DNA of 64,000 nucleotides from Candidatus Latescibacterota bacterium (GCA_965206595.1 OZ242214.1:4384001-4448000); one strand, 5' to 3'. Shown: positions 29,653 to 40,720, counted from the first letter of the stretch. Notes: a model not told the origin generated them from the letters alone. Program-made: numbers and translations.

Positions 29653-31595
29653 GAGGCCTGTTCCTCCCACATGCCCGCGTACACTCCCTGCGCGGCCACC
29701 AGTTCGTCGTGGCGGCCCTGCTCGACGATGCGGCCCTGCTGCAGCACGAGGATGCGGTCGGCCATGCGCGCCGAGCCGAGGCGGTGGCTGATCAGCAGGG
29801 CGGAGCATCCCCCCAGGAGTTCCGCGAATTGCCGGTAGAGCTCGGCCTCGGCCATGGCGTCGAGGGCCGCCGCGGGCTCGTCGAGGATTAGCAGTTGCGG
29901 GTTGCGGGTGAAGGCGCGGGCGACGGCGACCCGTTGCCACTCTCCCCCGGACAGGCCCTGGCCGCCGTCGAGGATGTGCCCGACAGAGGTGTCGTACCCG
30001 TCGGGGAGACGTTCGGCGAGCTCTGCGGCCCCGGAGCGGCGAGCCGCGTCGGCGACCACCGCCCGGTCGGGTTGAAGCCACCGGGGCCACAGATCCGAGG
30101 TGGGCCTCTCTGACTTCGCAGCCGGGGCGGCGATGCCGATGGATTGCCCAAGGGTGAGCTCGAACCGGTAGAAATCCTGGAACGCGGCGCTCACGGCGCC
30201 TTCCATGCTGCCGGGGTCGATCCCGGCGTAGTCGAGGCCATCGGCTGTGACGCGCCCGGCCGTGGGCGGGTAGAGACCGAGGAGTATCTTGGCCAAGGTA
30301 GACTTGCCGGATCCGTTCTCGCCGACGAGGGCGACCCGCTCTCCCGGGGCCAGGTGGAAGCTGACGCCCTGCAGCACCTCCGGAGCCCTGCCGGAATCCG
30401 CCTCATCTGATCCACCTGCCGGGTAGGCGAAGTGGACGTCGTCGACGAAGAGCCCCTGGCGCAGCGGCCTTGGGAACGGAGCGTTCCCGGGCCGTTCTGT
30501 CGCAACCGGCGCCTCGGTAAAAGTGCCATGCCCTCCTGTGGCGGCCTCCGCTCCGGGGCCGTCTCCCTCCGGCAGGTCGAGGAACTCCCGGACGTACCCG
30601 ACCTCGGCGGACTGGGACTGCAACTGTCGGGAGTTGAAGGCGAGGCTTCCGCCGGCCCCGAACATGTCGTCGACCCCCTGGAAGAGCGCGACGAAGCGTC
30701 CGGGCGTCAGGACCCGGTCGCCGAGCAGGTAGGCGAGGATTCCGGCGACGCCGACCCCCACGGCGACGCGCAGCCCGGTGGCCGGGAGCCCGCCCAGAAC
30801 CTGGCGACGGCGCTGTTCCAGGAGCCGTTCGCGCAACACCCGGCGCATTCTCCGCCAGCGTTCGGTCAGCAGCGCGTGCAGGCCGAAGAGGCGCATCTCC
30901 TTCTGCTCCGTCCGCCCGGTGAGGATGCGGTCGACGTACCCGGCCCGGCGTTCCTCCGGCGTCTCGCCGTAGGTGAAAGCCATGAACATGCGGCTCTGCT
31001 CGATCTCCAGCCGCACCTGCGGCACCAGCACCGCCAGCAGGGCCAGGGAGATCCACGGGGAGACCGGGGCGAACATGGCGGCCACGGAGACCACGGTGAT
31101 CACCGCCTGGGCAAAGTGCAGGGCGGAGAAGAACAGCCGGTAGAGCTTGCGCCCCGGATCCCGGGCCCGCTCGAGACGGTCGTAGGTCTCGCTTGCCTCG
31201 AAGAACAGCAGGGGCAGCCGCGACGACTTGGCCAGAAGGCGGCGCCCCAGGACGTGGGAGAGGTTCTGCTCCAGCCGCAGATTGAGGATGTCGCGAACAT
31301 TCCACACCACTTCGTTGGTGAGCAGCAGAGTCAGGCCGAAGGCGATCAGCCAGGGGAGGGCGTCGCCGAAGCCCGCGGAGCCGCCGCCCGCGGCAGCGAC
31401 CACGGTGTCGACGAGGTTTCTGGTGATGTGGATGAGGAGGGCAGGCTGGAGGCCCAGCAGCAGGTGGACGGCGATCAGACCGAGAACCGCCCCCCTCGCA
31501 TGGGCCCAGATGTGGCTCCAGGCCCAACGCAGGTTGGCGGCGATGCTGGCGGCGCTGGCGCGGCGGTTCAAGAACTCGAGATCGGATCTCGCCAC
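29640..31595 (-). CDS. ABC exporter, fused permease/ATP-binding subunit (heterodimer partner)
   Basis: GENGSGKST, LSGGEWQRVA, LDEPA and SHRL. Confidence 0.92.
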   Translation of the reverse strand: MARSDLEFLNRRASAASIAANLRWAWSHIWAHARGAVLGLIAVHLLLGLQPALLIHITRNLVDTVVAAAGGGSAGFGDALPWLIAFGLTLLLTNEVVWNVRDILNLRLEQNLSHVLGRRLLAKSSRLPLLFFEASETYDRLERARDPGRKLYRLFFSALHFAQAVITVVSVAAMFAPVSPWISLALLAVLVPQVRLEIEQSRMFMAFTYGETPEERRAGYVDRILTGRTEQKEMRLFGLHALLTERWRRMRRVLRERLLEQRRRQVLGGLPATGLRVAVGVGVAGILAYLLGDRVLTPGRFVALFQGVDDMFGAGGSLAFNSRQLQSQSAEVGYVREFLDLPEGDGPGAEAATGGHGTFTEAPVATERPGNAPFPRPLRQGLFVDDVHFAYPAGGSDEADSGRAPEVLQGVSFHLAPGERVALVGENGSGKSTLAKILLGLYPPTAGRVTADGLDYAGIDPGSMEGAVSAAFQDFYRFELTLGQSIGIAAPAAKSERPTSDLWPRWLQPDRAVVADAARRSGAAELAERLPDGYDTSVGHILDGGQGLSGGEWQRVAVARAFTRNPQLLILDEPAAALDAMAEAELYRQFAELLGGCSALLISHRLGSARMADRILVLQQGRIVEQGRHDELVAAQGVYAGMWEEQASWYR

Positions 31596-31857
31596 GGGAT
31601 GCCCGGGTCAGGCGCGCGGCTCGAAGTGCCGACCGCGATTTCTTTGGAGCTGAAGCTGACCCGGAAATCCGAACAATGGTGATTCCCCGTGCAGGTAGAT
31701 GAGATCCTATGGGGTAAGGTCCACGGCAATCATGGACAATGGCAACGCATTTTTCAGCATCCTTGTTTGTTCACCGTGCCGGCAATTGATGGGAAGGCCG
31801 CCGCGGTTATCTTCCCGCCGTCCCGAAAACGCCGCCCCCAAATCGCGCGAAGACCAC

Positions 31858-32226
31858 ATGAACGAGACAGCGCGGAACAAGCTCGAACGCTGCATAGGCC
31901 TGCTGGAGCAGGGATCCCTCACCGCGGCGGACCTGCGGGATCTCGCCGCGGCCTCCTCTTCCGCTTTCGCAGGTCAGCGGCAGGAGCTGCTCTACCTGCA
32001 GACGGCGACGACCTCGGTGACCAGCGAGGTGATCGGGATGTCGCTGGTGGCAGGAGGGAAGGTCTCCGACGGCCCGATGGATCCCGGCCAGTGGCCGTAC
32101 AAGTCCGTCCTCGAGGCAATGGAGGACGGCTGGCGCGTCGTGCGCTTCCCGGTGCAGCTGCCCGCGGGACACACGCAGGACGCCCACATCACCTGTGAAT
32201 TCGTGCTCGAAAGGTGGGGACCATGA
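31858..32226 (+). CDS. Hypothetical protein coupled to a PhyH dioxygenase
   Basis: GC3-rich ORF with RQELLYL...WPYKSVLEAMEDGWRVVRFP; ATGA overlap with the next gene. Confidence 0.7.
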   Translation: MNETARNKLERCIGLLEQGSLTAADLRDLAAASSSAFAGQRQELLYLQTATTSVTSEVIGMSLVAGGKVSDGPMDPGQWPYKSVLEAMEDGWRVVRFPVQLPAGHTQDAHITCEFVLERWGP

Positions 32227-33080
32227 CCGCCGCAGAGAGGGCCGGACGCGCCGGTCCGGTCGCTCCGACCATCGGCGACTCCGAGGTCCTGGAGTTCTGC
32301 AAGACCGGGCTGCTCACCCTCGAGGCGGTCGTTCCCGAGTCGACCAACCAGTGGGTCCGCGCCTATCTCGAAGCCGGTTCCGCGGAGCCGTCGGCGACCG
32401 CCCAGGAGCTGGTCGGGGAGGACCGCTTCGCCGCCGAAGTGCTGCTGCACCCGGAGGTGGCCGGGGTCTGCAGGGCGCTCCTCGGCGCCGGCTTTCAGCT
32501 TCCGGACTGGATGGCCAACCACCGCCTCGAGGGCCCCAGGCCGATCGGCCGCTGGCACATCGACGGGGGATCGCGGTTCGAGCGCACCTGCGAGCTGCTG
32601 CAGGTCTTCTACCTGCCGCAGGCGGTGACCCCGGAGATGGGGCCGACCCTCTTTCTGCCCGGTTCGCACCTCGTGCCGATAGCGCGCGAGGAGCTGGAGC
32701 ATTACGGCCACCTCGCAGGACAGGTATCGACCGCGGCGCCGGCAGGCTCGGTTTTCTTCACCGCCTACTCGATCTGGCACCGGCAGTCGGAGAAGAGGGC
32801 CGCGGAGGTCCGCAACCTCCTGAAGTGGGTGTACTGGCGGACGCAGCCGCCGCGGCGGGACTGGCTGCCCGAGCCGGGGTTCGATCCGGGGAGGGCGGAC
32901 TATTCGTACGAGAACGGCTACTTCCGAGGCAGCACGCGGAAATGGCAGTCGGTGCCGCGGGTGGCCGAGATGTTCACCTGGATGTGCGGCAAGGCGGACG
33001 AGTTCCGGCAGGTCGGGGGATCGGGATGGCCTTACTCGACGTCGGATCCGGGCCTGCGCAAACCGGGGAACAGGAGCTGA
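32223..33080 (+). CDS. Phytanoyl-CoA dioxygenase (PhyH) family protein
   Basis: WHIDG (HxD), MGPTLFLPGSH and IWHR. Confidence 0.88.
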   Translation: MTAAERAGRAGPVAPTIGDSEVLEFCKTGLLTLEAVVPESTNQWVRAYLEAGSAEPSATAQELVGEDRFAAEVLLHPEVAGVCRALLGAGFQLPDWMANHRLEGPRPIGRWHIDGGSRFERTCELLQVFYLPQAVTPEMGPTLFLPGSHLVPIAREELEHYGHLAGQVSTAAPAGSVFFTAYSIWHRQSEKRAAEVRNLLKWVYWRTQPPRRDWLPEPGFDPGRADYSYENGYFRGSTRKWQSVPRVAEMFTWMCGKADEFRQVGGSGWPYSTSDPGLRKPGNRS

Positions 33081-33236
33081 AGCGCCGAACCGCGGTCTCT
33101 TGGATGCCGCCCCCGCATGGGCGATATTGATACCGGCTTTTTCGAAGCCGATTCTCCCCATCCCGGCCGGTTGCAACGGCCGGGACCTTCCCAAAGGGCC
33201 TTTGAGAAAAGGCCGAACAAACCAAGGAGACGAACG

Positions 33237-33662
33237 ATGATCCCCACCATCAGTTCCGGCGTCGCAGGGCCTCTCGGCGCCATCCACCTCCCCCGGCTCT
33301 GGTCGAAGGTGCTGCTCAGCGCCCACGGACAGCTCGAAGAGGGGTACGACGAGTGCGGCATGGGTTTCGACCAGATGGTCTTGGACGGGCTCAAGGTCGA
33401 CCGCGACGCCGCCATCGCCTTCATCAAGGACAACAACGCCACCTACCCGCAGTTCGAGCAGTGGGTCCGCGACCAGCGGGGCGGCAGCATTCCCGGCAGC
33501 GAGATCGAGGCCTCCAACGCCGCCATCGCCGGGTACGATCACGACGACGACACGCGGGGCGGGATCCTGTCCGCGGCCGGTATCGGCGACGACGGCTCGA
33601 TCAGGGACGCCGTCAATCTCAACAACCTCGACGACTGGACGGAGTTGCACGGCTCGCTGTAG
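33237..33662 (+). CDS. DUF5069-family protein
   Basis: GPLGAIHLPRLWSK...CGMGFDQMVL...LNNLDDW; GGAG RBS. Confidence 0.7.
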   Translation: MIPTISSGVAGPLGAIHLPRLWSKVLLSAHGQLEEGYDECGMGFDQMVLDGLKVDRDAAIAFIKDNNATYPQFEQWVRDQRGGSIPGSEIEASNAAIAGYDHDDDTRGGILSAAGIGDDGSIRDAVNLNNLDDWTELHGSL

Positions 33663-33694
33663 CAGGCGGCTGATTCAAGTCGGTCGACTTCATC

Positions 33695-33730
33695 GATCCC
33701 CCGTCAGCTCTGTCTGGCGGGGGATCTTTT
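33695..33730 (+). terminator. Rho-independent terminator
   Basis: GATCCCCCGTCAG-loop-CTGGCGGGGGATC followed by TTTT. Confidence 0.8.
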
Positions 33731-33954
33731 CGTACCCGAGCCACCCTCCTCCCCGGATGTCGGGGACTCCCCGGGTGGAGTCCGGCGGCAGCCGCTCAGG
33801 GGCCGGAAAACCCGCCCGGGCCGGTACAATCGAATATCCAGAACCGGGCGGCCGCTCTTTGTACAAGAACTCATCCGGACAGCGGGCTGGCCCCGGATTT
33901 CTTCGATTTGAGCCCGGTGGGGGGCTTGCGGTCGCGTGGGCGACCCCGCGGGAG

Positions 33955-35013
33955 TCAGGAGTGCAGGAAATCCCACAGCTCGGAGGCGCGCTCTCCGGCG
34001 ATCGGGTCGCGGCGCAGGATCGAGTCGATGCCGCGCTCTTCCATGTAGCGGGGGGCGTACTCCAGGCCCTTGTCGAATTCGCGGCGCGAGACTCCGACCT
34101 CCTCGGGGGCGAACCGCACCTGGCAGCGGCGCAGGCGCCCGGCCAGCAGCTCCGGGGACTCGCCGGCGTGCCAGGCGATCGCCAGGGCCGCGAGGGCGAC
34201 GATCTCGCCGTGGATCCAGGTGCGGCGGTTGATCTCCTCCAGGGCGAGCCAGAAGGGGTGGTCGCCGCTGCCGCCGCCGGCGCTGGAGGCGGCGAGCATG
34301 CCGTCCCGCTCCTGCAAGGCCGCGGCAATCATGCTCACGCTCTCCCCGGTGAGTTGGCCGCCGCGGTCCAGGGTGGCCTCGAAGTCGCCGGCCAGCTTCT
34401 CCTGGTAGGCGTGCATGCCGTCTGCCCAGGACTCGTCGAAGGCAGGTCCGATGCCGCGGGCGGCGCGCCACCGCCACTCGGCGATGCCGGCGTACCCGCA
34501 GAGGATGTCGCCGATGCCGGCGGTGTTGAGCCAGGGAGGGGCGGCCAGCACCACGTCGCAGTCGACGAGCACGTGCTCGCAGTCGACCCAGGGCCAGTCG
34601 GCGGCTTCGCCGACGGTGCGGTGGCCCTCCCAGCGGGCGAAGACGCCGTGGATGATCGCCCCGGTGGAGACGATGGTCGGGACGAGGACGAGGGGCAGGT
34701 CCCTGTCGAGGGCGGCGAACTTCGCGTCGTCGAGGGCGGTGCCGCCCCCGAGTCCGACGACGAGCTCGATGCCGTCGGGGAGCCGCCGGCTCAGCTCCTG
34801 CTGGTGGCGCTGGTCGAGCCACTCGGCGTGGACCACTCCGTCAGGCTCGCGGGTGAGGTGGGGCCGGGCCGCGGCCCAGGCGCTGGGGGTGGTCACGACT
34901 CCGTAGGGGGGCCAGTCCCGGCTCTCGCGGCGCAGCAGGCCGCGGCCGCAGCGGATGTCGATGTCGGCCGCGGGCCTGGCCCGGGCGCTGTCGTTCCAGC
35001 CGCGGTTTTCCAT
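33955..35013 (-). CDS. Iron-containing alcohol dehydrogenase / glycerol-1-phosphate dehydrogenase-like protein
   Basis: GLGGGTALDDAK, VPTIVS, AGIGD, SGDH and HGEIVA. Confidence 0.85.
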   Translation of the reverse strand: MENRGWNDSARARPAADIDIRCGRGLLRRESRDWPPYGVVTTPSAWAAARPHLTREPDGVVHAEWLDQRHQQELSRRLPDGIELVVGLGGGTALDDAKFAALDRDLPLVLVPTIVSTGAIIHGVFARWEGHRTVGEAADWPWVDCEHVLVDCDVVLAAPPWLNTAGIGDILCGYAGIAEWRWRAARGIGPAFDESWADGMHAYQEKLAGDFEATLDRGGQLTGESVSMIAAALQERDGMLAASSAGGGSGDHPFWLALEEINRRTWIHGEIVALAALAIAWHAGESPELLAGRLRRCQVRFAPEEVGVSRREFDKGLEYAPRYMEERGIDSILRRDPIAGERASELWDFLHS

Positions 35014-35119
35014 GGGTGCCTTGGGGGAATAGGGAAAGGTTCGGCTGTCGAGGTGAGGGGGCCCGGCAAGGAGGCTGCCGGTGCGGCAGCGCCCCGGGTG
35101 CTCCCGCGCGAGAGGCCGG

Positions 35120-36262
35120 CTATCCGAGCCAGTACTTCAGGGCGAGGTCGCCTACGAGGTAGCCGACCGCGGCCACCCCGAAGCCGACGACGAGCAGGTC
35201 GATGCCGCTGCGGAACATGCTGCGGCCGGTGAAGATGCTGCGCGCGGCGCCGACCGCGAAGTGGGAGACCATCGAGACGCCGAAGGAGGTCCAGATGGCG
35301 GCCGGTCCGCTCAGGATCAGGAACGGCGCCACCGGAATGGAGGCCCCGACCGCGGTGGCGACGCCGGTGATGCAGCCCTCGCGGACCGGGGTTACGTGCT
35401 GCTCCCCGATGCCGAGCTCTTCCTGCACCATCACCTCCAGCGCCTGCTCCGGAGACTTCATGATCTCCCGCGCGATCTCGCGGGCCAGTTCTTCCTTGAC
35501 GCCCTTGGTCTGGTAAAGGAGGGTGAGCTCCTCCTCCTCGATTTCGGGCATGAAGCGCAGCTCTTCCTCTTCCACCGCGATTTCGTGGTCGTAGACCTCG
35601 CGTTCGCTCTTGGCGGCGAGGTAGCCGGAAGAACCCATGGAGAGGGCGTCGGCGATCATTCCCGCGACGCCGGTCAGCATGATGAAAGTCGCCCCGGCCT
35701 GGGCGCCGACGACTCCGGCGACGAGGCCGAAGTTCGCCGTCAGACCGTCGTTGAATCCGTAGACGACGTTGCGCAGGAAACCGCCGGACCTGGTGTAGTG
35801 CCAGGGCTCCCCTTCGCGTCCGGACAGCTTCGACAGGGTCTCGGCGTGGCGCGCCGATTCCCTGGCCAGGAGCAGCGCCGCGTCCGCGGTCGAGCCGGGA
35901 TCGCTTTCCCGGTACAGGGAGATGTAGCCCCTGACCTCGAGCCCCTCTTCGCGCAGCAGCAGGGAATGCAGCATTTCCGGGCCGAACCTGCCGGCGATCC
36001 AGGACAGCAGGCGCGCGCGCGAGGAGGGCTTGCGCCGCGGCACCGTCACCCCGTGCTCGGCGAAGATCTTCTCCCAGACCGCAGTGTGCTTCTCTTCGAC
36101 CGCGGCGAGCTTGAGATAGAGATCCCCCTTCTCCTCGTCGGAGGAAGACCCGGCGAGCCTGCGGTAGAGGAAGGCGGCGTCGCTTTCGTCCTGCCAGTGA
36201 TCGCGCCACAGCGCGATCGTCTTGCGGTCGGGCGGGCTGCCTTTGGAGGGCGTTTCGGTCAT
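35120..36262 (-). CDS. VIT1/CCC1 transporter with an N-terminal ferritin/rubrerythrin-like domain
   Basis: DESDAAFLY, EEKH and ESARH, then LRNVVYGFNDGL and ALSMGSSGYL. Confidence 0.9.
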   Translation of the reverse strand: MTETPSKGSPPDRKTIALWRDHWQDESDAAFLYRRLAGSSSDEEKGDLYLKLAAVEEKHTAVWEKIFAEHGVTVPRRKPSSRARLLSWIAGRFGPEMLHSLLLREEGLEVRGYISLYRESDPGSTADAALLLARESARHAETLSKLSGREGEPWHYTRSGGFLRNVVYGFNDGLTANFGLVAGVVGAQAGATFIMLTGVAGMIADALSMGSSGYLAAKSEREVYDHEIAVEEEELRFMPEIEEEELTLLYQTKGVKEELAREIAREIMKSPEQALEVMVQEELGIGEQHVTPVREGCITGVATAVGASIPVAPFLILSGPAAIWTSFGVSMVSHFAVGAARSIFTGRSMFRSGIDLLVVGFGVAAVGYLVGDLALKYWLG

Positions 36263-36347
36263 TGTGAGCGGTGCAGCTCCCGGGGAGATGGGGGGCGCAA
36301 TATAGGGGGCGGACCGCTCCTCGAACATGGCCGGCGCCTCGCTGCCG

Positions 36348-37178
36348 TCAGAGATGGCCGACGGCCTGCAGAAGGGCAACCTGGTACCCGAGCGCGAAGG
36401 CGAAGGCGACGAGGTCCGGTTCCGGGCCGGAGATCTTCGGCACGTGATCCGGCATGATCATGTACTGGTATCCCACCTCCTTGTACACCTTCAGGGCCTC
36501 GTAGAAGTCGACGTCCCCCTCGTCGGGGAAGGTCTCGACGAAGTTGCAGAAACCGCCGCGGATGTTGCGGAAGTGGACGTTGAAGATCTTGCCGCGCTCG
36601 CCGAACCAGCGGATGACGTCGAAGATCTCCTCGCCCGGGTTGTCGAGCATCTCGCAGACCGTGCCCTGGCAGAAATTGAGCCCGTGAAAGGGGCTCTCGG
36701 CGATCTCGACAAAGCGCCGGAGACCGGCAATGCTGCCCATCACGCGGTCGACGCCGCGCAGCTCCTGCGGGCTCGGCACCGGCGGGTCGTGCGGGTGGCA
36801 GGCGATGCGGATCCCGTATTCCTCGGCGACAGGCACGACGCGCTCGAGGAAGCAGGCGATGCGTTCCCACATGGTGTCGGCGTCGACGCGGCCGGCAGCG
36901 GTCAGCGGCTCCTGCTCGGCCTCGGCGTAGACGAAGGAGCGGTTGGTCGAGCCGCCGCGCCCTTTCACCGGGGCGGTGCCGATGTGCCCGAGCGGGATCA
37001 TGTCGAGGGAGATACCGAACGACTCGACGCGCTCCCGGTGCCGCTTCAGGTGGTCGGCCGTCCAGGAGCTGGCGGGGCGGTCCGGGGTGCTGCAGACATG
37101 GTCGATGCCGAGCTGTTTCAGCTGGCGGAAGAAGTCGTCGCCGATGCGAGGACAATCGAACTGCGTTCCCACGTACAT
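36348..37178 (-). CDS. uxuA: Mannonate dehydratase (UxuA) family, apparently with an in-frame internal deletion
   Basis: [25 protein letters not shown] and MPDHVP. Short at 276 aa. Confidence 0.8.
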   Translation of the reverse strand: MYVGTQFDCPRIGDDFFRQLKQLGIDHVCSTPDRPASSWTADHLKRHRERVESFGISLDMIPLGHIGTAPVKGRGGSTNRSFVYAEAEQEPLTAAGRVDADTMWERIACFLERVVPVAEEYGIRIACHPHDPPVPSPQELRGVDRVMGSIAGLRRFVEIAESPFHGLNFCQGTVCEMLDNPGEEIFDVIRWFGERGKIFNVHFRNIRGGFCNFVETFPDEGDVDFYEALKVYKEVGYQYMIMPDHVPKISGPEPDLVAFAFALGYQVALLQAVGHL

Positions 37179-37554
37179 GCCGAACCCCCTGTTCTGACTG
37201 GTATGTTGCCATGGCTGACGGCTCTCTACGGCAGCGGCCTGTCTGCGCGTGGGTTGGAGGCCAACCTTCGACAGGCCACCAAGGATAGTGTGGGACCCTG
37301 CGTCCTACCATCATCTTCGGCGCAGCTCATGGCGGCCGATCTGCATGGGAGGTCCGGCACGAATCATGGGCCCTATCTTTCCTGTCCACGGAAGTCGCCA
37401 GAAAATGGAAAGGTCTCACCTGCCGAAGCAGGCCGATAAGTCCCGTCGCGATGGTTATGTTGATGACAACCTGTCACCCCGTCATGGTCGACGACCCTTC
37501 TACGCCGCCGAGCTGCGCACCGGTTCCGGCAACCGATGTGTCAGGTAGCGGTGC

Positions 37555-38487
37555 ATGAAGGCGGATCTCCGCTGCTCGCTGTATGTGCTGGTCTCGGCCG
37601 CGGCCGCCGCCGCGGGACTGCTGCTCACCGAGATCGCCCTCAACTTCTACGCGGCGACCACCCTGCAGATCGCCTTCCTGGCGAATATCGTCGGCGGGAC
37701 CTTCCTGCTCCTCCCCTTCCTCCGCGGCGGCTGTCCCTGGCGGGGCTGGCCCGCGGCGGACTGGCTGCGCTTGGCCGTCTCCGCGGTTGTTATCTACGCG
37801 GCCGGGTTCGTGCTGCTCTTCGCCGCCATCGCCCGCGTCGGCTCCAGCAAGGTCATCCTGCTCGGCCGCGTCGAAGCCATCTTCGTCGTCGCTTTCGCCG
37901 TGATCTTCCTCGGGGAACGCTGGTCCGCCCGGCACTGGTCAGCCTCCTTCCTGGCGCTCGCCGGGGCCACGTTGATCAGCTTCGATCCCGGGGTCCTGCA
38001 GCCGGCCCTTTCCTGGGGGGACGCCCTGACCCTGCTCGCCGCCCTCGCGGTGGCCGCCGGCATCGTCATCCTGAAGCCGTTGCTGATGCGGCGGGACTCC
38101 CGCTTCGTCAGCGGGCTCGGGCTGCTCGCCGGCGCCGCCTGCCTGGGGCCGTTTCTCTACGCCGACGACTGCCTCCCCAAGGGACCTTCTCTGGCAACCG
38201 CGCCTCTGTTCCTGTTGCTGATTGCGGTCCGGGGCATGCTGCTCGGGATATCCTGGGCGACCTACAACGCCGCCATGAAGCAGATCGGCGCGTCCCGGTG
38301 CGCTGTGCTCTTCCTGTCGGTCTCGTTCCTGACCGTGGCCCTGCAGGTGTTCGTCGACGCCGCGGCTCCGGGTCTGGGCCTGCAGGTGCCCGACAGCCTG
38401 GCTACCGCGGTGGCCGGCGGCATCGTCATCTCGGTTGCGGTTGCCCTGGTACAGCGCGACCCGGAGGGGAGCCAGGGGAAGTCCTGA
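37555..38487 (+). CDS. DMT/EamA-family transporter
   Basis: About 10 hydrophobic helices and FLGER. Confidence 0.85.
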   Translation: MKADLRCSLYVLVSAAAAAAGLLLTEIALNFYAATTLQIAFLANIVGGTFLLLPFLRGGCPWRGWPAADWLRLAVSAVVIYAAGFVLLFAAIARVGSSKVILLGRVEAIFVVAFAVIFLGERWSARHWSASFLALAGATLISFDPGVLQPALSWGDALTLLAALAVAAGIVILKPLLMRRDSRFVSGLGLLAGAACLGPFLYADDCLPKGPSLATAPLFLLLIAVRGMLLGISWATYNAAMKQIGASRCAVLFLSVSFLTVALQVFVDAAAPGLGLQVPDSLATAVAGGIVISVAVALVQRDPEGSQGKS

Positions 38488-38797
38488 AACTGCGAGCCGC
38501 CGTTGGGGATTGGCTGCGCCCGCAACCTTCGGCTCGGCGATCCATGCAACAGGATTCGAGATGCCATTGGCCGGCGTCCCCCCGCCCGGTTCAACGAGGT
38601 CACCCTGCCGGGCCGCCCGAGGGCTCGCCATCCCGCGTTCCACTCAGCCGCCTGGCCGGTGTTGAACCCTCTCCAGGCAATCAGATGAACCGCGGATATC
38701 GAGGATACAGGAGCGTATATTCTGGTAGTCGCCTGGCAAATCTTCCGGCACGCCCCGCAGGCCGGCAATCTCTTCACTGCTTTGTAGACCTTCGCCC

Positions 38798-39181
38798 ATG
38801 ACCAGGTACGGCCTCCTCCTCGTGGCGGCGCTCCTCGCTTCGAGCTGCGGGAACGACTCGCAAGAAGCCGATGACGCCAAGCCCGCGGCAGCAGTCCCGC
38901 CGATGACGGCCGCGCAAGAGTCCGCGGCCCTGGCGGCCTACGCCAACCTGTGCGCCCACTGTCACGGCGAGAACATGGAGGGGGGCCGCAGCAAGAGCCT
39001 CGTCGACGGCCTCTGGATGTACGGAGCCGACGACGGCCGCATTCGCAGCAACATCGCCGGCGGCATCCCGCGGGTCGGCATGCCCGGCTTCGGCAGCATG
39101 CTCGAGGAAGAGGAGCTCGACGAGCTGGTGGCGCTCATCAGGAAGGCGGAGGCCGCAAGCCGGCAGGAGAAGGGGAAGTAA
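38798..39181 (+). CDS. Monoheme cytochrome c lipoprotein
   Basis: LLASSC lipobox, CAHCH and GMPGFG. Confidence 0.88.
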   Translation: MTRYGLLLVAALLASSCGNDSQEADDAKPAAAVPPMTAAQESAALAAYANLCAHCHGENMEGGRSKSLVDGLWMYGADDGRIRSNIAGGIPRVGMPGFGSMLEEEELDELVALIRKAEAASRQEKGK

Positions 39182-39352
39182 CGCCGCGCCGGCTGTCGCT
39201 GGCTTTGCCGGGACTTCGGGAAGCGGTCCCTTGCAGCCGGTTTCCGGCGGACAGTGCACGAAACGGCGCCCACTGCTTCGCTGGAACGCCTCGACCGAGG
39301 TCTGGCGTCCCGCCTCTGAAAGTGGCGGTCCGGCCTTGCGGCCGGGAGCCGC

Positions 39353-40516
39353 TCACACGGCGTCCTGCCTCGGCCAGTACAGGGGCAACGGGCACCAGGA
39401 TTCCAGCGGTGCCGCCGCCTTGGGAAGGGGGCGTGACTGCGACGGCGCCAGCGGCCCGAACAGCAGCCGGTGGGCGAGATGGGGGTCGCAGGAGATCGCC
39501 GGCGTCTCCTCTACCCGTTCGCACGAAACCTCGCCGGCAACGACGGAGATCGCGACCGCACCGTAGCCCCCTATGCCGAGGGTCACGCGCCCGTCCGCAA
39601 GCGGGGCGCCTGAAAGGGCTGCGGCGGCCTTGGCGCCGAGCAGCGCGGAGATGACCCGGGGCCAGTCGAACACCTGCCAGTTACCCGAGCTGCCCAGCGC
39701 CGTCGCCTCGCAGACCTCCCCGAGCCGGTGGAGGAAGGGGCCTGCCAGGGGCCCGGCGGTGAGGGTGACGCTCCTCGCATCCCCCTGCTCGACCCAGGCG
39801 CGGGCGATCTCGAACGCCGTGTCTCCGTCCCGGCCCACCACCTCCAGCAGCTCGTCCCCTTCCAGGTTCACGGCGACGTAGCCGGCCAGCTCGCCCTCCT
39901 GAAGGGCGGCGTACGGGACGGCGCGCCAGCTCCGCAGCACAGCGTGGAAGTCCCGGGGAGAGCGTTCCACCCGCACCGGCTGGGCGTCGTGGAGCCCGCG
40001 GGCCGCCTCGAGGCGTCCGGCCGGCCCGTCATCCAGCGGCTCGAACCGGATTTCCGACGGCGCGCTGAAACAGTGCCGGATGTTGCTCTTGTTCAGCCGC
40101 AACTCCACCTCGACGCCGCACCTTTCGTACCCGAAGTAGCCGTAGCGCTGGCGCTGGCCGCCGAGAACGGAAAGCGGGTACCCCTCCTCCTTCATGACGC
40201 CGACGCAGTGGGTCATCAGGCGCTGCATCATCCCCTGGCCGCGGAACTCGGGATGGGTCGAGACCCCGCTGATGCCGGCGATCGGCAGGGTCGCCGCGCC
40301 GACTTTCCAGGTGAGCGGATGAACCCCGACGACGGCGCGGATGCGGCCGCCTCGCCGAAGCGCCCATAGGCAGGCCATGAGGCTGTCGTCAGGGCGGTAG
40401 AGCTTGGGAAGGAGGTTTTCGAAATCGGCAGGGGGCGACTTGTCGAAGGCGAGGTTCATCACCTCCATGGCCTCGTCGAAGTCGGCTGCCGAAAGCGGTG
40501 CGATGCTGTGGCTCAT
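39353..40516 (-). CDS. GNAT acetyltransferase, Eis-like
   Basis: ISGVSTHPEFRGQGMM and RYGYFGYE. Confidence 0.85.
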   Translation of the reverse strand: MSHSIAPLSAADFDEAMEVMNLAFDKSPPADFENLLPKLYRPDDSLMACLWALRRGGRIRAVVGVHPLTWKVGAATLPIAGISGVSTHPEFRGQGMMQRLMTHCVGVMKEEGYPLSVLGGQRQRYGYFGYERCGVEVELRLNKSNIRHCFSAPSEIRFEPLDDGPAGRLEAARGLHDAQPVRVERSPRDFHAVLRSWRAVPYAALQEGELAGYVAVNLEGDELLEVVGRDGDTAFEIARAWVEQGDARSVTLTAGPLAGPFLHRLGEVCEATALGSSGNWQVFDWPRVISALLGAKAAAALSGAPLADGRVTLGIGGYGAVAISVVAGEVSCERVEETPAISCDPHLAHRLLFGPLAPSQSRPLPKAAAPLESWCPLPLYWPRQDAV

Positions 40517-40720
40517 GGTCCGGTCTTTTCAGCGCGGCGCTGCCTGCCCCCGGTCAAGGCTGCGCCCGACGAGTGGAAATCGTACGAGAACCGGCTGCGA
40601 AAAGGATGGATCCGGCACAGAACGTGCCGCCAAGGGCTGCCGGTCACCTGTCCCGGAATGGATTCCCCATCAAGCCGCCGAGGGGCCTGGGATCGAAGGC
40701 GCCTGAGCGGGAAGGGACCA

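Noticed and set aside
27835-31595. ABC exporter pair as part of a RiPP/bacteriocin cluster
   Set aside because: No precursor peptide, peptidase domain or modifying enzyme nearby.
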